Assembly (NCBI GenBank): GCA_001599295.1
Contig: BCGN01000003.1
Location: forward strand, 1,240,001 to 1,304,000
Reading direction: 5' to 3'
Source: Sporopachydermia quercuum
Lineage: Eukaryota
Length of the DNA: 64,000 bases
Below the pieces are notes generated by a model. The model saw nothing but the letters and a program-made list of their open reading frames with translations. It ran no database searches and was not told the DNA's origin. How positions within the stretch are numbered: the stretch's first letter is position 1; every line of letters starts with the position of its first letter. The position numbers and the translations under genes were made by a program. Shown one piece after another: positions 11,228 to 23,236 of the stretch.

Positions 11228-14200
11228 ATGGGTCCCTGTGACTTTAGAGCTATGCCTGAGGTACCAGAAGATCATAGAACAGGTGCAGGTACCGGTTCTA
11301 TAAAGAATGAATACAATCAATCAAAAGTGAACATTCCTGATCAATTGAATGATGCGTTTTCTTTCCAAGAAGGAATACAATCTGGTGCTTCTACAATAAA
11401 TGATAAGTTCACAAGCCCACGCTCAGTACATAAAAGTCATACCTCGAAATCAATATCAGGGGCTGAAACAAGGAATTCAAGTATAAGCAATAAAGATCCT
11501 AATCAAATAATAAAAAAGCAAAGGAATCTGATTTTGAACTTGAAGAGAGATCTGGTACATGTTACAAGTGAACGTGATCAACTACGATCTTTGTTAAACA
11601 AACATGGTATACCAATTCCAAGCTTGAATGTATCATCACCAGCAAAGAGTACTCATTCAAACACGAGCAGCATATACAGCACGCAAGTTCAAAAGAATGG
11701 ACACCAGAAAGCATCTTCACTTGACATATCGACTCATCAAGAATCGTATCATAGTATTAAATCAGCACCTAGTACAGGTATAATCTCATCTCCTGGTAGT
11801 TCGAAATTTTCAATTGACAATTCCTCAGGTTCACCACCAACCACACCCACCAAGACATCATTCGAAAATGACAAAAACCCGTCTTTATTATCAAAAGTTA
11901 ACCATTCATCTCCTGCTTCCAATATGCGTTCTGAACAGTATGCTCACTCCCAACCAGTTGTGTTTGATACCAGGCCGACTCCAATTGCTAATACCAGTCA
12001 GAGCCATATCAATTTGGCTTTGAGCGGAATCATTGATACAGAAGCAACGCAGGCAGAGATATTATTGAATCAACAGGCACAACCAGAGATTCCTGAACCT
12101 CTGTTTTTGCGTCAGCTGAAAACACAGCAAAAGTTGANTCAAGAAAAGGATAAAAAGGATAAGAATGAATCGAAAGCGGATGTTTATGCTTCTAATGGCT
12201 TCTCAAATTTCAGTTCTACTGTTGATTCTAATCCTAATTCTATCACTAGTTCTGATGCTAATTTATCTACCAATGCTAGCTTCAATTCGAATGCCAATAC
12301 AGCTGGCTCTGCTTCATCGCTTAGTATTCCAATTCCTCCTCAATCAAACTATGATCACCTTCATACAACACCATCTATCCAACAATTCAGTCAATTTGCA
12401 TCTTCAGCATGGGCTACTCCTAGTCCTATAATCTCAAAAACTTTTGAGTTTGCTGAGCCAGATTTTGCAACAGAACCTTTATCAAATGTACCATCTTCAG
12501 TAGCTTCTAATTCAAACCAAGGAAATGACTATTGGTTCCCTGCCGATTCACCGATAGTACTACAGATTACAAGTCAATCAGGCTCAAATGACACTGAAAC
12601 CATCAATTCTGCTTCTCCAGCTACCTCTGTCGGTCTATCAAACAACCTTGAAAGTAAGAAAGCATTATTCCGTAAACCAAAAAGAGAATCACTGATGAAA
12701 CCAACTGTATCATCACCACTGCCTAGACAAGATAAAATTACCCTTTTTGTTGAACCTGAGAATCTCAACACCATCACAGTAGAAGTGTCAAAATCATTAC
12801 TGAGTCATAAAAAGAAATCAAGGCATAATGATCCCGAAATAATGTTCTCGTGCTGCGACCGTGCTACTGGTAAGCAAATTTGGCAAATCAAGAAACAGTA
12901 TTCAGCATTAGCTTCATTGAATCAACAAATCGAAAGCTGTATGTCTGCAGAGTACTATTCGATACCTAAATTACCTGATAGAACATTGTTCTTATCTCAT
13001 GCGCCTAATAAGATAGACATTAGACGGCAAGAGCTAAGCAGCTATTTCTCTGGATTGCTTTCAATTCCGTCTTTACCTTCGACAGTTAGCTTAGCCTTAT
13101 GTGAATTTCTATCTACTGACATGATAAATCCGTTGGAGCTAGATGAACAAATAGAAACAAAATGTGGATATCTCACAATGAAAAGGAAAGGTTTGGGTAG
13201 TACATGGAAGGCTAGATTTTGCATCATTGAGGATACAAATCTCCTAATATATGAAAACGACAGATGTGAAAGTTTTGTTAGCAAGATTAACTTGATAGGT
13301 GTTCAAATAGGCGCAGCAAAGTCTCAAGTTTCTGATTCTAGTGATTCTAAATCATATCGACATGCATTCTTGCTATTAGAGCCCAAGAAGAATGGCACTG
13401 GTCAAAGCAATAGTCCTCAGAACTATATACAGCATGTATTCTGTGCTGAAAGTGATGATGAAAGAGATGACTGGATCCAGTGTATATGTGGAGCAGTCAG
13501 TCCTCAGGCAGTGGATAAAGTTGCTACAGCTATAAATAGACTATCAGTTAATGATCTAGGAAAACCTGAACATAAACCAATGAGCAGAGATGCCAGTTCG
13601 TCATCTGTTGACGACGTGAAAAAGAACAAGAAGAGAAATATATTTGGATTTAGAAGTGGAAAGACCNACTCTTCATCAAATGTGCCGGATGGTCTCATTA
13701 TAAGCTCACCATCATCAAAAATTGAAGCAAGTGATATAAATCCAATAAACTCTCCCGACTTTGATAGTTTATTAGCACCAAGTAACTACAATAGAAATCA
13801 ACACAACGACCAGGATTTATTCAATGGTGCTCAAGGAAGTAGTAAAATCCCTGATGCTTATAGATCACTATTATCTATGAATACTCCTAATTTACCAAAT
13901 ACTTCTGATATTTTATCAAGTACCTCACCTAATAGAGGAATATTTGAAGCCAATGAGTTAAAAGGCATATCCTCGCAAATTAGTGTTAGCGCTCAGTTAG
14001 TATTTGGTGTACATTTAGTTGACTCGTTGAGAACATCTCATCATACAATTTATAATGAAGCGGTTGTACCAAGTATTGTTTTCAGATGTTTGACATATTT
14101 GGAAACTGTTGACGCGGTCTATGAAGAAGGATTGTTCAGATTAAGTGGATCATCAATTTTGATTAAACAGCTCAAAGAATCATTCAACACTTCTCATGAT

Positions 14201-14761
14201 GTTGACCTATTAGCCATGAAGCCAATGCCAGATGTCAATACTATTGCTGGGCTATTGAAACTGTTTTTACGTGAACTGCCAACAAAACTGGTTCCAAATG
14301 AGTACTTCAATCAATTTTCTGAGGTAACTAACAGAGATACCTTGTCAATCATTGCTCCTGAATTCAGGTCTCTTATTAAGCTATTGCCCAAGGAAAATCA
14401 AGATATGTTGTATGCATTATTCAAGTTTCTTTCATCGGTTGTGGCTAATCGTGATATTAATAAGATGAATGTTAGAAATCGTAAGTATATTGATGTTGTC
14501 TTAGTTACAAATGATAGACTGGTTCCGGTTTCTTTGGGCTAATTCTATTAGCTCTATCATTATGTGTTCTTCTTGATTAACCAGTTCTCTTTACTAACAA
14601 AGGTGCTTTTAGTTGTCCTTGTTTTCACACCAACACTTAACATCCCAATCGATATATTGATTCCTTTCTTAACGGATTTCTCATATATATTTGAGAATGG
14701 TACATTGAGTGACCAACCATCTAGCCGCATCAGTGATATCTTGTCGCAGTCTCAAAGATGA
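11228..14761 (+). CDS. BEM3: Cdc42 RhoGAP with PX, PH and RhoGAP domains; exons 11228-14480 and 14613-14761
   Basis: PX (LPDRTLFLSHAPNKIDIRR), PH (GYLTMKRKGLGSTWKARF; FCAESDDERDDW) and GAP (EGLFRLSG); intron 14481-14612 (GTAAGT..TACTAAC..TAG) restores NKMNVRNLVLVFTPTLNIP. Confidence 0.88.
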
Positions 14762-15213
14762 ACCAATATACGTTTGATTCTCCTTAATGCAAGATGGAAA
14801 AAAAGTTGTAATATACGTAATATGCCATAGTATATATATATCATAGAGGATGGTATAAGAGAGGGTATACTATAAACATGTATAATGGTTTCAGCACGAT
14901 AATCAAATGATATTTATTAGGCTGGAATCAATTAGTTTCATACACTTAATATGTTTAACACGTTCAATATGTATGAATAGAACGAATGATCCTTGTTTTA
15001 TAGTACTTGTATTTATATGAAATGAAATACCCAAATGTATTTTTGAACTAATAACAATGATAGTATATCATGTTATTTAGAGATATGACGATAAAAAAAC
15101 TAATAAATAAATAAAATTAAAGAAATACAATAATCCATCCATTATAATTGCCAATTGCTCAAACCCTTTATTAGCTTTTTTGCTCTTTTCTTTTTCTATT
15201 GTCTTATGTATAA

Positions 15214-16377
15214 TTACAAGGAAGATGATAATGTTTCAGAAGCAACATTTGCTACATCAATAGGTCTATCTTGAGTATTGCTTTGAGCGCTCTTTCTTTT
15301 CTTCAGAACATTTTCAATGAATGCTTCACCAGCTTTATAGGAACTTCTCACCAATGGTCCAGATGCAACATACAGAAATCCTAATTCCAGAGATCTTTCT
15401 TTCCAGTAATCAAACTTCTCAGGTGTAACGTATTCAACAACCTTCATATGTCGTTTCGTGGGTCTCATATATTGACCAAATGTAACAACATCGACTCCTG
15501 CTTCTCTCAATTTCTTAAGAGTGTTGTCGATTTGTTCATCAGTTTCACCAAAACCAAGCATAATAGAGGTCTTGGTTATGAGAGATGGAACTGTTTGTTT
15601 GGCGTGTCTAAGAACTGATACGGATTGTTTGAATGTAGCTCTTCTATCACGAACAAAAGGGGTTAGTTCTTCCACTGTTTCCACATTATGGGCAAAAACA
15701 TCAAGACCTGACAAAGCCAATCTTTCAACATCTGCTAGATTGCCTCTGAAGTCACCGGATAACGTCTCCACTAAAATATGGGGTGCTTTTGACTTTATTC
15801 TTCTGACAGTATCAGCAAAATGAGCAGAACCACCATCAGACAAATCATCACGATCGACAGTTGTCAGAACAACATAACCGAGACCCCATCTAGCAATAGC
15901 TTCTGCAGTATTCTCGGGTTCATGAGGATCAAGAGGTCCTGGTGTTCGTGATGTTTTAACTGAACAGAAACGACATCCTCTTGTGCAAGTATCACCCATA
16001 AGCATGATTGTCGCAGTTGCTGTAGATTTATCAGTCCCACCCCAGCATTCTCCAATATTTGGACAACGTGCTTCTTCGCAAACTGTGTGTAATTTAAGTC
16101 CATGTACATCTTCCTTCAGCTTGGCAAAATTCTTTCCCTTTGGGATCTCAGTTTTTAACCACGATGGCAGTCTTTTTCTTTCTGTTGTGCTGTTCAAAGC
16201 CTCAGCGATGGGATCATATTGATTCATGTTAGCTGCTCTTTTATTCAAGAAATCATCAAACGATGGTCCTTTATTTAATGTGTCTGTGAATGTTGTACGA
16301 CGACGTCTTCTAGTCGGTTGGCTCAATGATGCCAACCGCCTTACAATAACTTTGCTCTGAAGTCCTGTGCTTGTCAT
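15214..16377 (-). CDS. LIP5: Lipoyl synthase, mitochondrial
   Basis: [12 protein letters not shown] and radical-[11 protein letters not shown] motifs; GPLVRSSY. Confidence 0.97.
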   Translation of the reverse strand: MTSTGLQSKVIVRRLASLSQPTRRRRRTTFTDTLNKGPSFDDFLNKRAANMNQYDPIAEALNSTTERKRLPSWLKTEIPKGKNFAKLKEDVHGLKLHTVCEEARCPNIGECWGGTDKSTATATIMLMGDTCTRGCRFCSVKTSRTPGPLDPHEPENTAEAIARWGLGYVVLTTVDRDDLSDGGSAHFADTVRRIKSKAPHILVETLSGDFRGNLADVERLALSGLDVFAHNVETVEELTPFVRDRRATFKQSVSVLRHAKQTVPSLITKTSIMLGFGETDEQIDNTLKKLREAGVDVVTFGQYMRPTKRHMKVVEYVTPEKFDYWKERSLELGFLYVASGPLVRSSYKAGEAFIENVLKKRKSAQSNTQDRPIDVANVASETLSSSL

Positions 16378-17267
16378 CTTCTCTTATATGCTATTCTTTA
16401 ATGGACTCCTACAAAATCCCACCTATCTGTACTTTTCTCAATAAAAGTATTCCAGTATCTTTATAAATAAGAATATCAATATAGGTAACGATTTAGTTAA
16501 ATCATCAGTATGTGATACTTTCTCTTTATCCGATTCCTCCCGGCAAAAGTGAACAAAGAAAGTAAGCTATCAGGTAAAATAAAACTTCCGGAAGTAATAA
16601 GTTATATTCCGGGGTTTTCTGTATCAGGATGGAAGTTTAGGTGAGGAACAAAAGTTTATTTGTTAGAGAAAAGTAGTAGGTGAATGATGTGTACCTGATG
16701 ATCGGTTGCGGGAAGATAAGATGTGCAAAGAGTAAAATATAGACACCAAATACTGAAAACAAGTATATTAATAATCTTTGATAGTGAGTTAATCAATTAT
16801 TGGTAGGGCGGTTGCAAATGAGTGAAATAGTCGTCAATATGTTATTAAGTTGAAGGGTGTAGGCTAGTTACAAGGTTCACGTGATGTATACGATATATAC
16901 GAACTATGGGGTAGAGAAGATTGAACATCAGGAAAGAATAATTCGAAGATTAATAGTATAGAAATAGTCTTCATATTGGCAAATTATTGTCAAAATTATG
17001 AAACAGTTACTTAGTTAGATGTTTTGAGAAGTTCTATCTTGTATACAAAGAGCGTAAGTGTTATTAAATTTGTGATTGAATAATTAATGTATAACTGATT
17101 AATAGATATAGGGTAAAAACGAGAGTATATGTATGACAAAGTATAGTATGGGAACTTAACAATCTATATAGAAAGACTCTTATCCAAAAAATAAAAATAG
17201 AAACATTTCATCGGGTTAAAATGCAGGCAAGAAAGCTTTTTGAGGGATTCGATATTCTTCTCTTCAT

Positions 17268-18098
17268 TCACAACATTCTGTGAATCGTCTTATCATTAGA
17301 ATCTTCAGTGATACTGTCGAGATCTTCCCACCATTTGAAAAGATAGCTTTCACAAATCAATTTGAACCAAGGAGTGAAAGCCAAAGATTTATCCTTAAAC
17401 ATTTCTTTCAGTTCACTAGAGGAAACGAATTTTTCATCTCTGACTTCATTGCGGTTAGGGTCAAGTGTAGGATCGAGTTTAATGATCAGAATGTAATCAA
17501 TTTCATGTTCACCCCAGACTCCATCACTAGGAGCTTTGTAATGAATTCTTGTAAGGAACTTGAATTTATCGATAGGGGTTTCTAATGTAGGAATTCCTAG
17601 CTCTTGATAAAGTTTTCTTGAAGCGGCAGTCTTAGCACCACTAATGGAGCTGGGAAGATCATGGCCTAACTCAGTTGGAATAGACAAAGGATGTGAGCAA
17701 CAAGTATTTGTCCATTGGTCTGCAAAAGTGATCTTTTCTGTGGCTCTTTGTTGCAAGAGTAATTTGTTTTCAGAATTGAAAAGGAAAACAGAAAACGCAC
17801 GATGAAGAAGACCATTTTCAATATTAGGCATAACATGGCAAGTTTTCTTTGAAGCAGCCCCTATAGGATTATCGTTGTAGTCCAAAACAATACATACTTC
17901 TCCCATTAATTTGATTTGCTCTTCATCGTGCCCTGAAAAGAGACTGGCATCGTTATCATCTTTGGAACTGAGAGGAGTAGGTGTTTGGGTAGGTTGACTT
18001 GGCTCACCAGTAACAATAACATCTGGAAATAATGTTCCAACGTTGCCGCTGTTGATTCTTTGAATGACTTCGGGGTATGTTTCAGTCGCAGTAGACAT
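17268..18098 (-). CDS. IDI1: Isopentenyl-diphosphate delta-isomerase type 1
   Basis: [33 protein letters not shown] motifs. Confidence 0.97.
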   Translation of the reverse strand: MSTATETYPEVIQRINSGNVGTLFPDVIVTGEPSQPTQTPTPLSSKDDNDASLFSGHDEEQIKLMGEVCIVLDYNDNPIGAASKKTCHVMPNIENGLLHRAFSVFLFNSENKLLLQQRATEKITFADQWTNTCCSHPLSIPTELGHDLPSSISGAKTAASRKLYQELGIPTLETPIDKFKFLTRIHYKAPSDGVWGEHEIDYILIIKLDPTLDPNRNEVRDEKFVSSSELKEMFKDKSLAFTPWFKLICESYLFKWWEDLDSITEDSNDKTIHRML

Positions 18099-19534
18099 TT
18101 TGGATAAGCTGACTTTTGTTCAGGCCTATATTTCTTTCGTTGATATACACGCTTGATATTCTAGTGACACGAGCTTCGTTCTTTTAAGAGCTGTAGTGAG
18201 TAGGTCGGTGATGGTACACTTGAGGTTTGATGGTTAGTCACAACTACAAAGGCAATAAAGTACCTTTCTCAGTAGGCTTCAACTTATCCCCGAGTTAAAT
18301 ATATTTCGGGACCAGCATATATTTAGTTAAGGTAAACAAATAGTATTCAACCAATCGTTTGACCGTCTGCTTTTGCAATAGTCGCAGAACAAATTTCACC
18401 CTTTTTAGAACGACGCTTATTCGGAAATACTTTTGTATTATCTAATCAAATAAAACAAATTCTGATTATGTGATATTTAAAAAGAAACAACCGAGCAAAG
18501 CTCCTTAGCTTCAATATCCCGGTCTTCAGCTAAGTTTTAATGCCGATATTATTTATTAAATGAACATAAAATGTAAGATTTAAAATGAGAGATAACATTT
18601 ATGAAAAATCAATGCCTGAGATATTCCTTTTTTTTCCACTTATCTAGCAATAATTACTGTCGATCAGACAATCGTGACAAGTCTTCAGTCTGAACTTTGC
18701 ACAGAGCGTAACTCGTGTACCTGCTGAAATTCATTGGCCTATTAACAACCATCAGCTAGGCAAATGGGAACACTATATACACGAATGACAGAAATAACGC
18801 TCTTTTTAACAAAATCTCATTAGATTATTTAGAAGATTTTTTTGTTTCAGTGCTAGTTCTCTTGATCTTCACCCTATGATAGACTTCCTTCCTTACTGCG
18901 AAGATATTTAGCAAATCAACAAACCACAATAATCAAGACAATCTCTGTAAAGTGTGACATAGCTCTTCAATGTCTTTAAATCATTAACCGCGGACCCAAC
19001 CTACCGCAACTGCTACATCAGCAACAGCCTCTTGTCCGTAGAAAAATAATAATTTGGAAGAATCGATGCCTTAATCTCGCATTAATTGTAATTACGTAAA
19101 ACTGCGCGTTCTCATTCTCTACTATATGTACATATCTTCTACCAACGACATACATGACATAGGACCAACTCAATTTCTATCTCGGAGTTAATTAAAGTTT
19201 TGAAAACTGGTAAGTGAAAAATTTCCATGGTGAGCACTCAAAGTGCTTTTGAAACGTTGCGTTGACTGTCTAGGGAATGAGAATTGAAGTACTGTTAGGC
19301 AAAGGAGCTGTTCCATTGTTTGGTTTTCTGATCAAGTGGTGAAAAATACACAAGTTTATCTTTTCATTTCAAAGCCATAGTATCATTGATTGTTGTTTGA
19401 TGGTAGTGGTTTTAATTTCAAAGTAAATGTAGATGGTGAGATTGATACAAGGCATAATCAATTACAAAGTTTACAATTGCTTATGAAAATACTTAGTCAA
19501 TCTAGAATAAAATAATAGCATAAGCCGAATCACA

Positions 19535-20884
19535 ATGTCTGACGTTAAACCTAAGAGACTTACCAAACCAAGTCTTCAAGAACGAGACGAAAAGCTAGCT
19601 GAATTCAATGCTCAATTGAAGACTTTAGATGCTCAACTCAGCAAGTTGGATTTGAGCATCAACGGTGGAGCTAAGAAAGGTGAGAACGGCAATTCAAACC
19701 CACTTTATGATCGTCGAAATGAATTACAGCAACAACTCAATGCTTTGATCCAACGCCAAGGCTCCAAGAAAACCGAAAGAAATACTCTCAACAATGAGAT
19801 TAAACTTATTGATGCTTCATTGAAAAAGAAGAATGCTGACCTACAAGCTTTAGTCGGTAAATCCAAATTCAGATCAACTGAAGATATTGATCATAGAATC
19901 AAGAGTTTGGAAAGTGATATTGAATCAGGACAATTGAAGTTGGTTGACGAAAAAAGGTTGATTAAAGAGATTCAGTCTTTGAGAAAGCTAAAGGCCGATT
20001 TCTCCGTCTTAGAAACTAAAAGGGCTTCAATTGATGCCGATAAATCTAAGATTGCTGAACTTAAGACAAAAATCAACTCGCTTTTCTCAAAAGAGCTTGA
20101 TGATGAATTCGAAAAGATTACGAGTGAATTGGCCAAGGTTAGAGCTGAAATTGATCAAACAAGATCAAAGAGGGATGAGTTATTCAAAGAAAGAGCCACT
20201 TTACGAAAGTCTAAGGATGAAATTTATGGTCAAATTAATGCAGTTCGCTCTGAATTTAGTGCCAAGATGGATGCATTCTACGATGCTATAAAAGAAGACC
20301 GTCGTAAACGGGAAGAATCTGAAAAGGCTGAAAAGCTCGCTAAAGCTGCTGAACATCGTAAGCAGTTGGCCAGAGAAAAACTTGAGGCCGCTTCCATCCC
20401 AGCTTACACTCAAGAGATCAAACTGGTTCACTCTTTGATTGCCCACTATGATCCTAGTCATGTTATCCCTAAAGATGTCACTTTAGGTACCTACAGACCC
20501 AAACCAGCTTCATCCACTTCAACTTCATCGGCTAAAAACAACTTCCCTGAAGGTAAGGAATACGTTACAACAAAGGAAGAACCTTTTGTTGAAGGGACTG
20601 GTGGTAAGAAACATAAGAAGAAGTCCAATAAGAACAAGAATCTTATGCTTGTTTTGGATCCTGCTATAATTGAACAATTGGCCTCTCTTGATATTGGATT
20701 CCCCACCACTTCTAGTGAAATTCCTGAGGTTCTAGAAAAGCTCCGTGCCAAATTGACATATTTCGAAGAAAACAGCGAAAGAGTTACCAAGGAAAATCTT
20801 GAGAAGGCTGAAGCTGAAGTTAAGGCTTTAGAAGATGAACCTCTTGATGAGAACGAAGGAGAAGATGATGAGAACGACAATTGA
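19535..20884 (+). CDS. BFR1: Bfr1 nuclear segregation / mRNP coiled-coil protein
   Basis: Long coiled coil with IESGQLKLVDEKRLIKEIQSLRK, PAYTQEI, GTGGKKHKKK and acidic tail. Confidence 0.85.
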   Translation: MSDVKPKRLTKPSLQERDEKLAEFNAQLKTLDAQLSKLDLSINGGAKKGENGNSNPLYDRRNELQQQLNALIQRQGSKKTERNTLNNEIKLIDASLKKKNADLQALVGKSKFRSTEDIDHRIKSLESDIESGQLKLVDEKRLIKEIQSLRKLKADFSVLETKRASIDADKSKIAELKTKINSLFSKELDDEFEKITSELAKVRAEIDQTRSKRDELFKERATLRKSKDEIYGQINAVRSEFSAKMDAFYDAIKEDRRKREESEKAEKLAKAAEHRKQLAREKLEAASIPAYTQEIKLVHSLIAHYDPSHVIPKDVTLGTYRPKPASSTSTSSAKNNFPEGKEYVTTKEEPFVEGTGGKKHKKKSNKNKNLMLVLDPAIIEQLASLDIGFPTTSSEIPEVLEKLRAKLTYFEENSERVTKENLEKAEAEVKALEDEPLDENEGEDDENDN

Positions 20885-22153
20885 ATTAATCTCTAGATAC
20901 TCTAATAGATTCACACTTTCTACAACATACATACAATTCACCTGTATAATGATTCATATAAGTGCATTTGCTTGATTGTATTGTTATCAAATATAATTAA
21001 CATTATTTATAGAAATATCAAGAGATTGTTCTGTAGGTTTGATAATCATTCAATTTTCTTTTCCACATTCTGAGAGTACCCAGAAAGGAAGAAGATGAAG
21101 AAGGAAAACTAATAACCTTGCTAGTAGTACTACATCAAAGATCGTTATAATTTTTTGAGAATTAGATAGCCATTGAGTTACAATTATCTATCGAATAGAT
21201 AACAAATCGTCAGTTCACCCGTCTAATCCTATCATTATTTCAGCCGCCCGTTGTTTCAATTTCTATCTTTCTATCTATTGCATTTCCATTTCTCATACTA
21301 TAATACGAACATCATAAACAATTATGCTGCTCTTTCTGAAGTCATTGAACTGCCAGATGCAAAAATCTCTTATTTATGAAAGATCAGGCTGAAGCAGTCA
21401 ACAGTAACTAATAAACATCTGAAAATCAACCTCATAAATCATAGTTTTCTTTAAACTTCCATTACCAGAACAATGGATCAAAAACCAGTTCTTTACGATT
21501 TTTTTCCAGGTCAGATGTTTATCAGCCAGATAATGGACAAATATTAATAATCATAATAATAATTTATAACTTCAGATCTGAAAATTAACTTTAATCATAA
21601 TCGAAATCTAACGAATAAATAAGAAAAGGCTGTAACTCAATTGATATCACTTGCCACACTAGGTACCTCCCATGACTTCACAAGGGCGCGGAAGCTTGTG
21701 CAAAAGAAACCTATTTCTCGTTCAACAGGGGAAGACAAAGAAGGGCCAATTCCATTTCAACCCATCATTAACTTATTTTTTCTTCTTCGTTTTATTAGTA
21801 TATATTTCTAGAAAAGACATTGGCATGTCTTTTCTCTACCTTATCTCTGACAGTGCTCATACGGTCCCATTGTACTTTCATCCCATTACAGAAATCACCC
21901 TAAATAGGACGATATTTGTAATCTTGCATACACATTGCATAATTTTGTTACAACTATTTCACTTGCTTAATAAGATGAAGGCAAGGCAATTGGCAATTGG
22001 CTAACCAGATTATTACTTTGTTGAATAAATAGGAGGATGATTGCTCTATCGGAAGTATATATTCGAAATTTGAAATTGAAGGCTTCGAATTACATTTATT
22101 GGATCTTGTTCAATTGCTGAGAAACTAAACCGGTTGTTTGACAAAGTAATCGA

Positions 22154-22984
22154 ATGCTTAGTAAATTAGCAAGACAGGTAGCCATCAATTGTACAAAATC
22201 TACAAGACCTTGTAGTATCAACTCTAGATATAATATTAAAAGAAGCTTTAATTCAAGCGGAATAAAAATGGTTTATACAACTGAGAAAGAATTTGACCCA
22301 AAGGTCGAAACTCCTGAAGCCCCTTATATCAAGTTATACACTTTAGGAACACCTAATGGAGTGAAAGTATCAATTGCGTTAGAATTGCTTCATTTAAAGT
22401 ACATCACTAGAACAATTGATATCTCAACTGGTGAACAAAAAGAACCATGGTTCCTCGCTTTAAATCTCAATGGTAGAATTCCTGCTTTATCTGATGTTGA
22501 TGAAAAGGGAAACAGAACTACCTTGATGGAATCTGCTGCTATCGTTTTATATCTATTAGATAAGTATGACAAGGAACATAAATTCTCTTACGAATATGGA
22601 ACCCCTCTTTACTATGAAGTCTTGGAATGGGTCTTCTTCCAAATGGCTGGCCAAGGTCCTATGCAAGGACAAGCAAACCATTTTGCTTTGTATGCACCGG
22701 AAAAGATCCCTTATGGAATCAACCGTTACACTGCTGAAACCAGAAGATTATATAGTGTTTTGGAACAAAAGATTTCTTCAAACCCTTCTGGTTTCATTGT
22801 TGCAGATAAGGTAACTGCTGCTGATATTGTATCTATCGGTTGGGCTGTTTCTGTCAAAAGTTTGGGAATTAATCTTGAAACAGAATTCCCTGCTGTTTAC
22901 AAGTGGAAGGAGAATCTTCTTGCAATTCCCGAGGTATACAAAGGAATCAATGTTCCTGGCCCTTATCGTGGTCTTCAAAAGTAA
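22154..22984 (+). CDS. Glutathione S-transferase (Ure2p-like/Nu class), with possible mitochondrial presequence
   Basis: TPNGVKVSIALE, QKEPWFLALNLNGRIPAL, ESAAI, WVFFQMAGQGPMQGQANHF; second in-frame ATG at 22268. Confidence 0.9.
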   Translation: MLSKLARQVAINCTKSTRPCSINSRYNIKRSFNSSGIKMVYTTEKEFDPKVETPEAPYIKLYTLGTPNGVKVSIALELLHLKYITRTIDISTGEQKEPWFLALNLNGRIPALSDVDEKGNRTTLMESAAIVLYLLDKYDKEHKFSYEYGTPLYYEVLEWVFFQMAGQGPMQGQANHFALYAPEKIPYGINRYTAETRRLYSVLEQKISSNPSGFIVADKVTAADIVSIGWAVSVKSLGINLETEFPAVYKWKENLLAIPEVYKGINVPGPYRGLQK

Positions 22985-23236
22985 GTTCTTCAAAAATGAT
23001 ATATACAAACTATTTACAATTGTAATCTATTAAATAATTACTGAATGTAAGGTGTATATATCGCCTGATATTAATTAATGCACGTCGAAAGTTGTAATAC
23101 TGTACCGAAAAAAAGATTTGAAAAATATACCTACTTTTATAAATAACAATTACAAAATAAAACTATGAAGTTTCTTATTCAAATATATAAAATAGATCTA
23201 CTTCGACAAAGAGATAAAAAAAATTTAGCTAATTGC

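Noticed and set aside
21672..22004. 110-aa ORF upstream of the GST
   Set aside because: Low-complexity hydrophobic translation typical of AT-rich intergenic DNA
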